From the NCBI GenBank assembly GCA_964514055.1, contig CAZEPB010000002.1, positions 40,797 through 104,796 on the forward strand: a stretch of 64,000 bases of DNA, in the 5' to 3' direction. The stretch is from an uncultured Candidatus Bathyarchaeia archaeon. GTDB lineage: Archaea; Thermoproteota; Bathyarchaeia; Bathyarchaeales; Bathycorpusculaceae. Within the stretch, counting starts at the first letter, position 1. Each line of letters starts with the position of its first letter. This document shows positions 9,237 through 18,462 of the stretch, piece after piece. Under the pieces are notes generated by a model, which was not told where the DNA came from, made no database searches, and saw only the letters and a list, made by a program, of their open reading frames with translations. Both the position numbers and the translations under genes were made by a program.

Positions 9237-11663
9237 ATGGATTCTAAAACTGCTTCTTCAGGTAAAGCACCATACGAAAAGTACGCCAAAACAGGGCTAT
9301 CCTCAGAAGAAGTAGAAAAGAAACTTCAACAATATGGTTTTAACGAGATTCCCGAAAAGAAAGTTAATCCTATCCGCAAGTTTCTGGGATATTTCTGGGG
9401 ACCTATTCCTTGGATGATAGAAGCAGCTGCCGCGCTTTCTATAGTGATACAGCACTGGGAAGACTTCGGCATAATCTTCACTTTGTTAATAGTAAACGCT
9501 GTGGTTGGCTTCTGGCAGGAGCACAAAGCCGATAACGCCATAGAATTGCTGAAAAAGAGGCTGGCGCCCAAAGCCCGTGTACTCAGAGATAGTGCTTGGC
9601 ATGAAATACCCTCGAGAGAACTTGTACCAGGCGATGTAGTGCGAGTCCGTTTAGGAGACATCGTTCCAGCAGACATCAAACTCATGAAAGGCGATTACAT
9701 GCTCTTGGACGAGTCTGCGTTGACTGGCGAATCACTGCCCGCGGAAAAGCATGTTTCCGACCTGGCCTATTCAGGGTCAATAGTTCGACAAGGCGAAATG
9801 GACGCCTATGTTGTAGCCACTGGAATCAGCAGTTACTTCGGCAAAACCACGAAGCTTGTGGAAGAAGCTAAAACTGGTAGCCACTTCCAAAAAGCCGTTG
9901 TAAAAATAGGCGACTACCTGATTGCTCTCGCCGTGATAATGGTTTCCACAATATTCATCGTAGCCCTCTTCCGAGCGGCTCCTATACTTGAAATCCTACA
10001 GTTCGCGTTGGTCTTGATAGTGGCGGCAATACCCGTGGCGTTGCCCGCCGTGTTGACCGTCACCATGGCTATCGGAGCCGTTGCGCTCGCCAAGAAGGAA
10101 GCCATCGTCAGCAAGCTGGTAGCAATTGAGGAAATGGCTGGCGTAGACGTGTTATGCTCAGATAAAACGGGCACCATAACCCAAAACGAACTTGCCATTG
10201 CGGAAGCTAAGACGTTTGGAGAATTCGAAATTGACGATGCCCTATTGTATGGGACGTTAGCCTCTAGAGAGGAAAATCAAGATCCCATTGATGATGCAGT
10301 TATAGCCAAAGCCAAGACCATCGGAGCAGTTGCTGACGCCCTTGGCAAATATGATGTGGTTGACTTCAAACCGTTTGACCCGGTTTCGAAAAGAACGGAA
10401 GCCACTGTGAAGAGCGCAGAGGGCAATCAGTTCAAAGTTTCGAAGGGTGCGCCGCAAGTCGTTCTCTCTCTTGTGCCAAACAAAGATGAAATAGAAAGTC
10501 GAATTAATGAAATCGTAGACACCTTCGCGGGTAAAGGATACCGAGCTTTAGGTGTAGCCAAAACTGATAAGAAAGGCAAGTGGGAGTACGTTGGGTTGCT
10601 CGGAATTTATGACCCGCCGAGGGAAGACTCAGCGGAAACGATAAAGACAGCCCAGAAGATGGGCATCAACGTTAAAATGGTTACAGGCGACCACGTTGCC
10701 ATAGCCAAAGAGATTGGCAAAGAGGTGAACCTCGGCGCAAACATCCTGCCAGCGTCTTCTTTCGTTGATAAAACGGACAGCGAATCAGGCGGTCTTATTG
10801 AAAACGCTGATGGTTTCGCCCAAGTTTTTCCTGAACACAAGTACCGCATCGTGCATTTGCTTCAGGAAAAAGGGCACATTGTTGGCATGACAGGTGACGG
10901 TGTTAATGACGCTCCTGCTTTGAAAAAGGCAGATGCGGGAATAGCTGTTTCTGGAGCCACGGATGCGGCTAAGTCAGCCGCGGATGTTGTGCTTACCAAG
11001 CCTGGTCTTTCGGTTATAATCGATACCATAAAAGAAAGCCGGAAAATTTTCCAGCGCATGAACAACTACTCCATTTACCGAATTGCCGAGACCATTCGTG
11101 TGCTGATTTTCTTGACGCTGTCGATTATTATCTTCAACTTTTACCCCGTGACTGCTGCGATGATTGTAATTTTGGCGTTGCTTAACGACATACCCATCAT
11201 GATGATTGCCTACGACAACGTGAAAATCAGAGAGAAACCTGTCCGTTGGAACATGCGCGAGGTGTTGGTCGTAGCTACCTTGCTCGGTATAACAGGTGTG
11301 TTCGCAAGTTTCTTCCTGTTCCTGATAGGTATGCAAGTGTTGAATTTGGACATGGCTACTCTGCAGACGCTTATTTTCCTCAAGTTGACCGTTGGCGGAC
11401 ACATGACTATTTACCTTGCGCGCACGGGCGTGCATCATTTCTGGGACCGCCCGCTCCCAGCCAAAATCCTTTTCGTGACTGCAGAGTCTACTCAAATTAT
11501 GGGTACGTTATTGGCGATCTTCGGCATATTCATGAATCCTCTCGGGTGGGAATTAGCCGCTTTCGTTTGGGGATATGCACTGCTAAGCTTCTTCATTACA
11601 GACTCTCTGAAAATACGCTATTTCAGATTAATGAGACATGAAGACGTAAAGATGCAAAGGTAA
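9237..11663 (+). CDS. P-type ATPase, plasma-membrane H+-ATPase-like (P3A)
   Basis: 808 aa. TGES, CSDKTGTIT, MVTGDH and MTGDGVNDAPALKKADAGIAV motifs. The N-terminal GLSSEEVEKKLQQYGFNEIPEKK is typical of the proton-pump subgroup. Confidence 0.85.
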   Translation: MDSKTASSGKAPYEKYAKTGLSSEEVEKKLQQYGFNEIPEKKVNPIRKFLGYFWGPIPWMIEAAAALSIVIQHWEDFGIIFTLLIVNAVVGFWQEHKADNAIELLKKRLAPKARVLRDSAWHEIPSRELVPGDVVRVRLGDIVPADIKLMKGDYMLLDESALTGESLPAEKHVSDLAYSGSIVRQGEMDAYVVATGISSYFGKTTKLVEEAKTGSHFQKAVVKIGDYLIALAVIMVSTIFIVALFRAAPILEILQFALVLIVAAIPVALPAVLTVTMAIGAVALAKKEAIVSKLVAIEEMAGVDVLCSDKTGTITQNELAIAEAKTFGEFEIDDALLYGTLASREENQDPIDDAVIAKAKTIGAVADALGKYDVVDFKPFDPVSKRTEATVKSAEGNQFKVSKGAPQVVLSLVPNKDEIESRINEIVDTFAGKGYRALGVAKTDKKGKWEYVGLLGIYDPPREDSAETIKTAQKMGINVKMVTGDHVAIAKEIGKEVNLGANILPASSFVDKTDSESGGLIENADGFAQVFPEHKYRIVHLLQEKGHIVGMTGDGVNDAPALKKADAGIAVSGATDAAKSAADVVLTKPGLSVIIDTIKESRKIFQRMNNYSIYRIAETIRVLIFLTLSIIIFNFYPVTAAMIVILALLNDIPIMMIAYDNVKIREKPVRWNMREVLVVATLLGITGVFASFFLFLIGMQVLNLDMATLQTLIFLKLTVGGHMTIYLARTGVHHFWDRPLPAKILFVTAESTQIMGTLLAIFGIFMNPLGWELAAFVWGYALLSFFITDSLKIRYFRLMRHEDVKMQR

Positions 11664-11666
11664 CTT

Positions 11667-12632
11667 TTAAATGGCTAACATTTCAGCCAGTTTCAGTAAG
11701 CGCAAGTCAAGAGGCTTCTGCGTTTCACACGACTTCTCTAAGTCTACGCTTGAGATTGCGCCATTCTGCAGTCCGACCACCCTGTTTCCCTGCTCTTGAC
11801 ATAAAAGATCCACGGCTTTTTCAGCAAAAAGACCAGCCAGCAGGCGACTGCGCGCTGTTGGGCTTCCGCCTCGTTGAGCATATCCCAGAATGGATAATCT
11901 AACTTCTGCACCTGTCTGCTTTTGGATTTCCTTGGCAAGCGCTGAGGTATCTCCGATACCTTCAGCAGCGACTATTATCCCCGCCCTTTTTCCTTTACGC
12001 TTGTTTTCTTTCAGCACTTCGATGATTTGGTCCGGTTTGCATTCTTCTTCAGGGACAAGAATAACTTCGGCGCCGACGCTGATTCCCACTTCCAGAGCTA
12101 TGAACCCTCGTTTCCGACCCATGACTTCAACGATGAAGAGGCGTTCATGGGAGAGCGCCGTGTCTCTTATCTTGTCGATTTCTGTTACGGCAGTGTTCAC
12201 GGCCGTGTCGAAGCCTATCGTTTCTTTGGTTCCAAAAACGTCATTATCTATTGTGGCTGGAATCCCCACCATCAGGGTGTCGCTTTTCCTGCTCAGGTCC
12301 AAGGCTCCTCTAAATGAGCCGTCACCGCCTATGACAACCAAGCCGTCCACTTTGTTCAGCGCCAAGTTTTCAGCAGCCTTTTCTACGCCTTCCTGCTCCT
12401 CGAATGCAGGGCATCTTAGAGTATGAAGCATAGTGCCGCCCGACTGGATTATGCCGCCCACTGCTCGAGGAGTCAAAAGCTTCAACTTATGGGAAATCAA
12501 CCCATCCCATCCCCTTAAAAAACCTATGACACCAAGGTTTCGTGAATGGGCAATTCGTGTAACAGCTCGGATGGCAGCGTTCATTCCCGGTGCATCTCCG
12601 CCCGGGGTGACCACACCTATAGTTTTCAACAT
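11667..12632 (-). CDS. pfkA: ATP-dependent 6-phosphofructokinase (PfkA family)
   Basis: 321 aa. IGVVTPGGDAPGMNAAIRAV, IGGDGS, PATIDND and GYAQRGG motifs. Confidence 0.85.
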   Translation of the reverse strand: MLKTIGVVTPGGDAPGMNAAIRAVTRIAHSRNLGVIGFLRGWDGLISHKLKLLTPRAVGGIIQSGGTMLHTLRCPAFEEQEGVEKAAENLALNKVDGLVVIGGDGSFRGALDLSRKSDTLMVGIPATIDNDVFGTKETIGFDTAVNTAVTEIDKIRDTALSHERLFIVEVMGRKRGFIALEVGISVGAEVILVPEEECKPDQIIEVLKENKRKGKRAGIIVAAEGIGDTSALAKEIQKQTGAEVRLSILGYAQRGGSPTARSRLLAGLFAEKAVDLLCQEQGNRVVGLQNGAISSVDLEKSCETQKPLDLRLLKLAEMLAI

Positions 12633-12699
12633 CCAACACTCCTTTGCAAGATTACCTGAACACGTTCACGGAATTAAAACCTATCTAAGCTTCCAAAAC

Positions 12700-12707
12700 A
12701 CATAAAT
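12700..12707 (+). promoter_or_regulatory. TATA-like box for the tRNA gene
   Basis: acataaat is centred about 31 nt upstream of tRNA position 1. Confidence 0.4.
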
Positions 12708-12734
12708 CTTTTAGTCGTATCCTATGGTTTTTGT

Positions 12735-12887
12735 CGGGAGGTAGCTCAGCCTGGCAGAGCTCTCGAGCCCGTTGGCAACCCAGCGGACGGAGACGCTGTA
12801 GAGGTCTACCCACGGTGGGCTTCATTCTAGCCTGCACAGGCCACAGACACCGAGCCGTCGCAGGTTCAAATCCTGCTCTCCCGACCA
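12735..12887 (+). tRNA. tRNA-Tyr(GUA) with two introns (29 nt at 30/31, 47 nt at 37/38); CCA encoded
   Basis: The acceptor CGGGAGG/UCUCCCG has C1-G72 and A73. The D arm is GCUC-AGCCUGGCA-GAGC and the T arm is GCAGG-UUCAAAU-CCUGC. Joining 12762-12765 (CUCG), 12795-12801 (GCUGUAG) and 12849 onward (ACCGAG) gives a perfect CUCGG/CUGUAGA/CCGAG anticodon arm. Confidence 0.8.
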
Positions 12888-12920
12888 CATTAATATCCAA
12901 AAAGCCTGAACCCATGAGTA

Positions 12921-13469
12921 GTGGTATTGATTTTTATGGAACCTGCAACCCAGAAAAAAATAAAACCTGTCGCATTATTATACGATATACGTAAATCTGT
13001 TTCAGAAATTCTCAACAAGCCTTTTTCAGAGCGTATAGACCACCAAATATTCCAACCAGATAAGAAAACATTAGCCCTTTGGGCAATTAATTGTGCTGAG
13101 CACGTTCTTCCTTATTTTGAGGAGAAATATCCTAATGATAAGCGTCCACGAAAAGCTCTTGAAACACTTAAGAAGTGGACAGATACAGGAATTTTTAAGA
13201 TGTCTGTTATACGCAAGGCTTCACTTGATGCACATTCTGCAGCTAAAGATGCGAAAGAGGATTACGCAAGATATGCGGCTCATGCGGCAGGCCAGGCAGT
13301 AGCAACTGCACATGTTCCTACTCATGCTTTTGGCAGTTCAGTATATGGTATCAGAGCTATCGCAGCATATTCTGGCAACGTAAATGATGGATTAATTAAA
13401 GAACGCAGTTGGCAGTTACAACGTCTACGAGATATAACAAAACAACTTTCTGCACAAAAAAAGTTGTAG
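12921..13469 (+). CDS. Imm-5-like putative immunity protein (family often mis-annotated as SbcC)
   Basis: 182 aa. LALWAINCAEHVLPYFEEKYPNDKRPRKALETLKKWTDTG ... AAHAAGQAVATAHVPTHA matches my recollection of that helical family. An ATG at 12936 is an alternative start. Confidence 0.45.
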   Translation: MVLIFMEPATQKKIKPVALLYDIRKSVSEILNKPFSERIDHQIFQPDKKTLALWAINCAEHVLPYFEEKYPNDKRPRKALETLKKWTDTGIFKMSVIRKASLDAHSAAKDAKEDYARYAAHAAGQAVATAHVPTHAFGSSVYGIRAIAAYSGNVNDGLIKERSWQLQRLRDITKQLSAQKKL

Positions 13470-13526
13470 TTATTGTGCAAAACTACTTTTACAATAATAA
13501 AATAACAACGTGTGTGAAAACTCTAT

Positions 13527-13709
13527 TTAGGGTCTGACGCATTCAGCTTTGGGTCTGTACGGCCGCTTTGCTGTTCGTTTTCGCTTGTGATAGTCGCACT
13601 CGTTAACTCGGGTCAGCAGCCAGCCTTTGTCTTGATACACGCAACCGCAAGGCAACTTGACCGTTTTAGTCGTTGAGCTATTATGTTTTTTAGCCACTTC
13701 TTTAGCCAT
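13527..13709 (-). CDS. small Cys-containing basic hypothetical protein
   Basis: 60-aa ORF containing CGC..C..H. There is no other support. Confidence 0.3.
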   Translation of the reverse strand: MAKEVAKKHNSSTTKTVKLPCGCVYQDKGWLLTRVNECDYHKRKRTAKRPYRPKAECVRP

Positions 13710-13813
13710 CCGCGTACATATTCAAGATGGGAAAGTAACTAAATAAGTTGTTGGAGCATGTTACTTGCAGCGTTTTTTCGTGTTGTGTTGATGAGGGAAA
13801 ATCTGCGAAAAAT

Positions 13814-13845
13814 CCTTTAAATAAGGGAGGGGGTAGTTTTCTCTC
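13814..13845 (+). promoter_or_regulatory. extended promoter element, variant 2 (TATA-like + AAGGGAGGGGGTAGTT)
   Basis: cctttaaataagggagggggtagttttctctc lies about 95-120 nt upstream of the OsmC-like start. The same 16-mer follows a TATA box upstream of pyrB. Confidence 0.45.
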
Positions 13846-13937
13846 ACGCATCAGTTCCACGATGCCATTCCATCCCAGTCAAAGTTCCCGTAAACAATAA
13901 ATTTGGCTTACAATGCAATATTTAGGGAGATTGTTTT

Positions 13938-14375
13938 ATGCCTGAAATGAATTTTGAAGGAACCGCCACTTGGAAAGGCGAGACTGAATGCGAGCTGACC
14001 GTTAAAGGCAAGAAAATCGCCACTGTCAGTCCTCCTACATCCTTCGGCGGAAAAGAAGGCTACTGTGTTCCCGAAGAAATTTTCGCGGCTGCTCTTGCCT
14101 CATGCATGAACACGCTGTTCCTGTTGATCGCGAGAAACTCCAGGCTGGGCCTCAAGAAACTTAACACAAAAGCGGTGGTCACGATGAACGTTGAAAGTCT
14201 GGAGAAGCTGATTTTCACGCACATCCACTTCGAAATGAATATCAAACTGGAAACAGATAACGAGCGAGAACGCAAAAAAGCTAACATGGTGTACGAGATG
14301 GCGGAGAAGATTTGTCCGCTTAGGCAGTCATGGGGCGAAGATGTGCCGATAAGCTTCGAACTTAACTTCCAGTGA
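13938..14375 (+). CDS. OsmC/Ohr-family protein
   Basis: 145 aa. The size and the PEE(I/L)F..ALASCM..... and KICP cysteine regions are typical of OsmC-like peroxiredoxins. Confidence 0.7.
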   Translation: MPEMNFEGTATWKGETECELTVKGKKIATVSPPTSFGGKEGYCVPEEIFAAALASCMNTLFLLIARNSRLGLKKLNTKAVVTMNVESLEKLIFTHIHFEMNIKLETDNERERKKANMVYEMAEKICPLRQSWGEDVPISFELNFQ

Positions 14376-14739
14376 AAACACAATCCCCTTTTCTATTTTT
14401 CCAACGCTACTGCGGAAAAAAATTAACGTAAAGGTAACATAGTCATTGACCAGTGCGGCACCATCGCAGTTTCCATACTTGTTGTCGTCGCAGATGCCCT
14501 AACCCTCTTAAATTTAGCGAGCATTCCAAGCATTCCACGGTCAGCCGCAGCAGCCGAAATAGCATACAACCTCATCGTTATGCTTTATCTGTCCCAACCG
14601 CGCGTTAGAATAAAATACAAATGAAACAGTTCACTCTTTATTTCCTTCCTTCCTGAACTATTACGCAAAAACTTAACTAAAACAGAAAGAACTAGTAAAA
14701 GAAGGGAAGACACTGAAATTCAAATATGTTGCTTCAATC

Positions 14740-15255
14740 TTGCTTGTATTCGGAACAATTTTGACGGTTGTATCTTATATGAACCTGTACTCATTAAATG
14801 AAGGTGACCTTTTCGACTCTTCGAGTGCAAACCCGCTTGTAATACCTGCCCATTCTTCCAACGAACGCAGTTTCTACATTAGCATAGGCATTGACCAGAA
14901 AAAAGTGGATGTTCACGTTGATAATGTGGCAGGGGAGGGTTGGATAAATCATCCTTTTGAAATGTCTTTGCTGAACGGAAAAGGAGAGTCTTTTACAGTT
15001 ACAGAAGAAGCTCCTCCTAGTGGGGGTAAACATTCCTTTGATATCCCAAACTCATGGAACAGTTTAGGTGGCGTTCGAATAAATAATCCTGAAGATTATT
15101 CCGTTGCAGTCAATGTTGAGTTCATTATTTATAGTCAAATCCGCAATCCCTTTTGGCTTAGTGCAATGATTCTAGGGCTGCTAATTGTCGCAAGTGGATT
15201 AGTGTTTGCATGGATAAGCATTAAAAGAGTCAGAGCTAAGCAAGCTATCCCTTGA
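14740..15255 (+). CDS. membrane-anchored hypothetical protein
   Basis: 171 aa. N-terminal TM and C-terminal TM (WLSAMILGLLIVASGLVFAWI) flank a beta-rich domain. Confidence 0.45.
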   Translation: MLVFGTILTVVSYMNLYSLNEGDLFDSSSANPLVIPAHSSNERSFYISIGIDQKKVDVHVDNVAGEGWINHPFEMSLLNGKGESFTVTEEAPPSGGKHSFDIPNSWNSLGGVRINNPEDYSVAVNVEFIIYSQIRNPFWLSAMILGLLIVASGLVFAWISIKRVRAKQAIP

Positions 15256-15292
15256 AATTGGAATAGAGAGAGACAGAGGTTGATATGCAAAA

Positions 15293-15335
15293 AAGTTCAC
15301 TCTTTATATAAGGGGGCTATAGACTTTTCCAAGCG
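15293..15335 (+). promoter_or_regulatory. extended promoter element, variant 1 (TTTATATA-AGGGGGCTATAGAC-TTTTCCA)
   Basis: cactctttatataagggggctatagacttttccaagc is almost identical to the reverse complement of 18463-18503. Confidence 0.5.
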
Positions 15336-15438
15336 TTAGAGAACATGCAACTGCCGAAAACAACGTCTGCTGCGTTCTCAGTTCGTATTTCATAAAACTT
15401 TTATATGTGATGGGTTTTGCATATGCATATATCAACTA

Positions 15439-15696
15439 ATGGAACACGGTGCTGTAATGGAACCAAGTAAAAAACCGTTGAACGTCCTTGTCAAACAATT
15501 ACACGGAAACATCGAAGTCGTTCTCAAAAATGGCTGTGAATACAAGGGAAAAATGATAAAGTGTGACGGACACATGAACATACTTCTTGAAGGAGCAACT
15601 GAATGCAGACAGGAGCAGCTGCTTACAAACTACGGTAACGTTCTGCTCCGAGGAAACAACATTCTCTACATAATATTAGACGCAACTAAACCCTAA
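15439..15696 (+). CDS. Sm-like (LSm) archaeal protein
   Basis: 85 aa. PLNVL...L.G.IEVVLKNG.EYKG.....D.HMN..L and GNVLLRGNNILYI (Sm1/Sm2). The start may be the ATG at 15457. Confidence 0.85.
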   Translation: MEHGAVMEPSKKPLNVLVKQLHGNIEVVLKNGCEYKGKMIKCDGHMNILLEGATECRQEQLLTNYGNVLLRGNNILYIILDATKP

Positions 15697-15861
15697 ACGC
15701 AACCGCTCTGTGCTTATTCCAATCACGTAATCACAAGTTTCTAACCGTATTTTTTCACTTTTTTGCTTTCTCAAAAGCTCTTCAGGGAAGTTTTTTATTT
15801 ATGTCTCTATACTATAGAGGAATAGATACGGGAGAAGGACCAACTGAGAACATTTGAGCAT

Positions 15862-16365
15862 ATGCTGAAACAGCTATACGAAAGATGCTGTATAATTGCA
15901 AAACGTAGAAAAGGAGTCACCCTCATACTGGCGATAATCGCAGTGATATTTTTGTCTGGAATAATATCTGGATTCGTTATTGTTAACGTTAGGTCACTTT
16001 ATCAGACAAGTAACACTATCTCCAGCGTTGGAACTTTGAAGGCAATTGGCATCGAAGTGTATGAGAATCAAGAGTTAACGGATGAAGCGACCACGATCAA
16101 GTGGGGAACATTAAAACCAGGCACCTCAAAAACCTACACGATCTACGTCAGCAATGAGGGAAACTTGCCTCTGACTTTGAGCCTGTCCACAGCTAACTGG
16201 AATCCATCATCTGCTTCTAACTACTTGACTTTAACTTGGAACTATAATGGTCAGACAATTAACGTAGATGACTTTATTCAGGTGACCTTAACTTTGACCG
16301 TTAGCTCCAGCATCACGGGAATAAACAGCTTCAACTTTGACATAACCGTAGTAGGAAGCGCATAA
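15862..16365 (+). CDS. exported beta-rich hypothetical protein
   Basis: 167 aa. An N-terminal TM/signal (VTLILAIIAVIFLSGIISGFVIV) is followed by an Ig-like beta-rich sequence. Confidence 0.5.
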   Translation: MLKQLYERCCIIAKRRKGVTLILAIIAVIFLSGIISGFVIVNVRSLYQTSNTISSVGTLKAIGIEVYENQELTDEATTIKWGTLKPGTSKTYTIYVSNEGNLPLTLSLSTANWNPSSASNYLTLTWNYNGQTINVDDFIQVTLTLTVSSSITGINSFNFDITVVGSA

Positions 16366-16465
16366 CAAGCAGCGAACAAAAGATAAGCATTACAAATCAC
16401 CTCACACCGTTTTCCTAAAATTTTTATTTACCAATAGCACATAGCCCCTTAATGGAGAGTTCCAA

Positions 16466-16930
16466 ATGAGCGACAAAGAACTACGGGTGTCAAAAATCAA
16501 AGACGGCACTGTTATTGACCACATAAGTGGCGGATACGCCTTAGACGTTGTTAAAATTTTGGGGATAACAGGACGCGAAAAGAGAGTGATGACCATTGCC
16601 ATGAACGTTCCGAGTAAACGCTTCAAAGTGAAGGATATTGTGAAAATCGAGGGACGTGCACTTAACGCGCAGGAGGTTAACCGGATTGCCTTGGTGGCAC
16701 CTCATGCTTCTATCAACATTATCCGTGATTATAAGGTGGTGGAAAAGTTGGAGGTCAAGTTGCCGAAGGTGATTGAAGCCATTATTAAGTGTGCGAATCC
16801 TGCGTGCATAAGCAACAGTAATGAGCCTGCAGCTGTTAGGTTTTACGTCGAGAGTGAAGAACCCCTGTTGTTGAAGTGTCATTATTGCGGTTATATTTTG
16901 GAGAAGGCTGATGTTTTGCAGCAGTTTTAG
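16466..16930 (+). CDS. pyrI: aspartate carbamoyltransferase regulatory subunit
   Basis: 154 aa. RVSKIKDGTVIDHI start and a C-terminal zinc domain C..C...C.YC. Confidence 0.9.
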   Translation: MSDKELRVSKIKDGTVIDHISGGYALDVVKILGITGREKRVMTIAMNVPSKRFKVKDIVKIEGRALNAQEVNRIALVAPHASINIIRDYKVVEKLEVKLPKVIEAIIKCANPACISNSNEPAAVRFYVESEEPLLLKCHYCGYILEKADVLQQF

Positions 16931-17055
16931 TGTTGTTCTTGTTCGGATTGTATAGTAAAGTTTATATCTTAATACGTCATATTCTCAGTTCAGAAATATG
17001 TCTGGAAAAAGACCTATTGTATGCGTGTAGAACACAGAAACAAAAAGTGAAAAAC

Positions 17056-17376
17056 ATGAATAACACACTAACAATCATTCTACCCGCAATCTGGGCGTCT
17101 TTCGCATGTTGCCTCCTATGGTTCGTAACGTCAGCGAAACGCAACGTATCCATCACCTTTGACGACGCAAAAGCGTTATGGCACATCCACAAGAAAACCA
17201 CCAGCTGCTCCAGCCACAAATGGAACCCCATTTCACGCAAAGGCGGAAAAATCTCTGGCTTCCAATGCGCATGCGGATACAGATACACACAGAAAAGACC
17301 GCTGATATGCAGCAGCCCAAAAAACGGCAACCACGACCATAGACGCCAAACAGGCTTTCCAGTTTCATCCTACTAA
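17056..17376 (+). CDS. small membrane protein with Cys/His cluster
   Basis: The ORF is open from 16930, but the first ATG (17056) gives MNNTLTIILPAIWASFACCLLWFV (TM) followed by C..H...C.C motifs. Confidence 0.35.
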   Translation: MNNTLTIILPAIWASFACCLLWFVTSAKRNVSITFDDAKALWHIHKKTTSCSSHKWNPISRKGGKISGFQCACGYRYTQKRPLICSSPKNGNHDHRRQTGFPVSSY

Positions 17377-17377
17377 A

Positions 17378-17842
17378 TCAGTTATCTCTATTTGAAACTG
17401 CTGACAGCCTAAATTTAGCGCGTGCAAGTCGGAACATTTTTCTAAAATAGTCCTTGTTCAGCAGTCTACCCTTGTTTATGCCTGGACACTCTTCGGTGTA
17501 AAGAAACACGGGGTTTCCTCTGTTCGAAACTTTGAGTTCAAATGGATAAAACCTGCAGATTAGTGGTCTTAAAGGGTAAACGGTGCAGTGGGCGTTTTCT
17601 AAAAAGACGCATTTTCCGTTTTCTCTTTTTTTCATCTCGTAAATGTAAGGCGCTTTGCCTTTGATTTTTACCGCGAACTTGAAGATTGGCTGCATGGTTG
17701 TCTTGGCGATTTGTTCAGCTTCTGCTCTCAAAAGGAGAATGTGCCTAGTTTTTTCTTGGGTGTCGCCGCAACAGGTTCCACATTTTATACAGCGAAAACG
17801 CACTGCAGTAGGGTAGTTAAAGTTCACTTTTGTTCTCAACAA
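17378..17842 (-). CDS. YkgJ-family cysteine-cluster protein (CxxCxxCC)
   Basis: 154 aa. FRCIKCGTCCGD at the N-terminus plus later C..C and CPG motifs. Confidence 0.75.
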   Translation of the reverse strand: MLRTKVNFNYPTAVRFRCIKCGTCCGDTQEKTRHILLLRAEAEQIAKTTMQPIFKFAVKIKGKAPYIYEMKKRENGKCVFLENAHCTVYPLRPLICRFYPFELKVSNRGNPVFLYTEECPGINKGRLLNKDYFRKMFRLARAKFRLSAVSNRDN

Positions 17843-17985
17843 AATCTATTGCTAAACTGCCATAAAAACTTGAACTGACGCAGTGTGGCATAAACTCTGT
17901 GCCAGCCCTTAGACTATTTCAAAATTCGGAATAACGTGTTATTAGAGCGCAGTCTTTCTTGAAGGAATGGGAGAAGACGATTAAC

Positions 17986-18087
17986 ATGAAGTGTCCAGTG
18001 TGCAGCGGCAAGTTAGATATTGATTTGAAGCTGAAGATGGCTCAGTGCCACACTTGTGGTTGGAGTAGACTTTTCCGCAAAAAATAG
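17986..18087 (+). CDS. 33-aa zinc-ribbon mini-protein (not in ORF track)
   Basis: MKCPVCSGKLDIDLKLKMAQCHTCGWSRLFRKK. Two CxxC pairs, with a ggag-containing purine stretch upstream. Confidence 0.35.
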   Translation: MKCPVCSGKLDIDLKLKMAQCHTCGWSRLFRKK

Positions 18088-18113
18088 TTACTCTTTAAGA
18101 ACATAATGTGCAG

Positions 18114-18422
18114 TTACTTGCTCCTGTGTCCTTCGCCATACTGATAGGGTCTACTGCGGTTCTTGTCTAACTTTTTCTCAAATGCACTGTCCATATTCAC
18201 GGTGGGACACGCCAAGCGGCTTGCATCTAAAAGGTAAAAAATCACGTCAATAAGCTCTTCAGCTATTTTCTCTTCAGGTTCGCCTTTTTTCCAAGCGTCA
18301 CTCGCTTCGCCCAACTCGATGAAGGCAAAAAGGAGTTTTTTAGGAACATCCTCACGGTTGTTGTAGAAACCTTTCTCTATAACGAGAGCTTCAATTTCCC
18401 TCTTCATCTCTTCCAAGTGCAT
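18114..18422 (-). CDS. MazG-like nucleotide pyrophosphohydrolase domain protein
   Basis: 102 aa. The pattern of E..EL.EA..........EEL.D....LLD acidic helices is typical of small all-alpha MazG proteins. Confidence 0.7.
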   Translation of the reverse strand: MHLEEMKREIEALVIEKGFYNNREDVPKKLLFAFIELGEASDAWKKGEPEEKIAEELIDVIFYLLDASRLACPTVNMDSAFEKKLDKNRSRPYQYGEGHRSK

Positions 18423-18462
18423 TTCACTTTAAGCTCCTTACGTCTGGTCTTCTGTTGACTGT

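Noticed and set aside
12685-12994. ORFs 12685-12915 (-) and 12731-12994 (+)
   Set aside because: They overlap the tRNA-Tyr gene and its introns. The tRNA structure explains the sequence.
14446-14633. Membrane-protein-like reading frame (..GTIAVSILVVVADALTLLNLASIPSIPRSAAAAEIAYNLIVMLYLSQPRVRIKYK-stop) in the 364-nt gap after the OsmC-like gene
   Set aside because: There is no ATG/GTG/TTG start after the preceding in-frame stop until near its end. At best it is a decayed gene fragment, and I cannot support a call.
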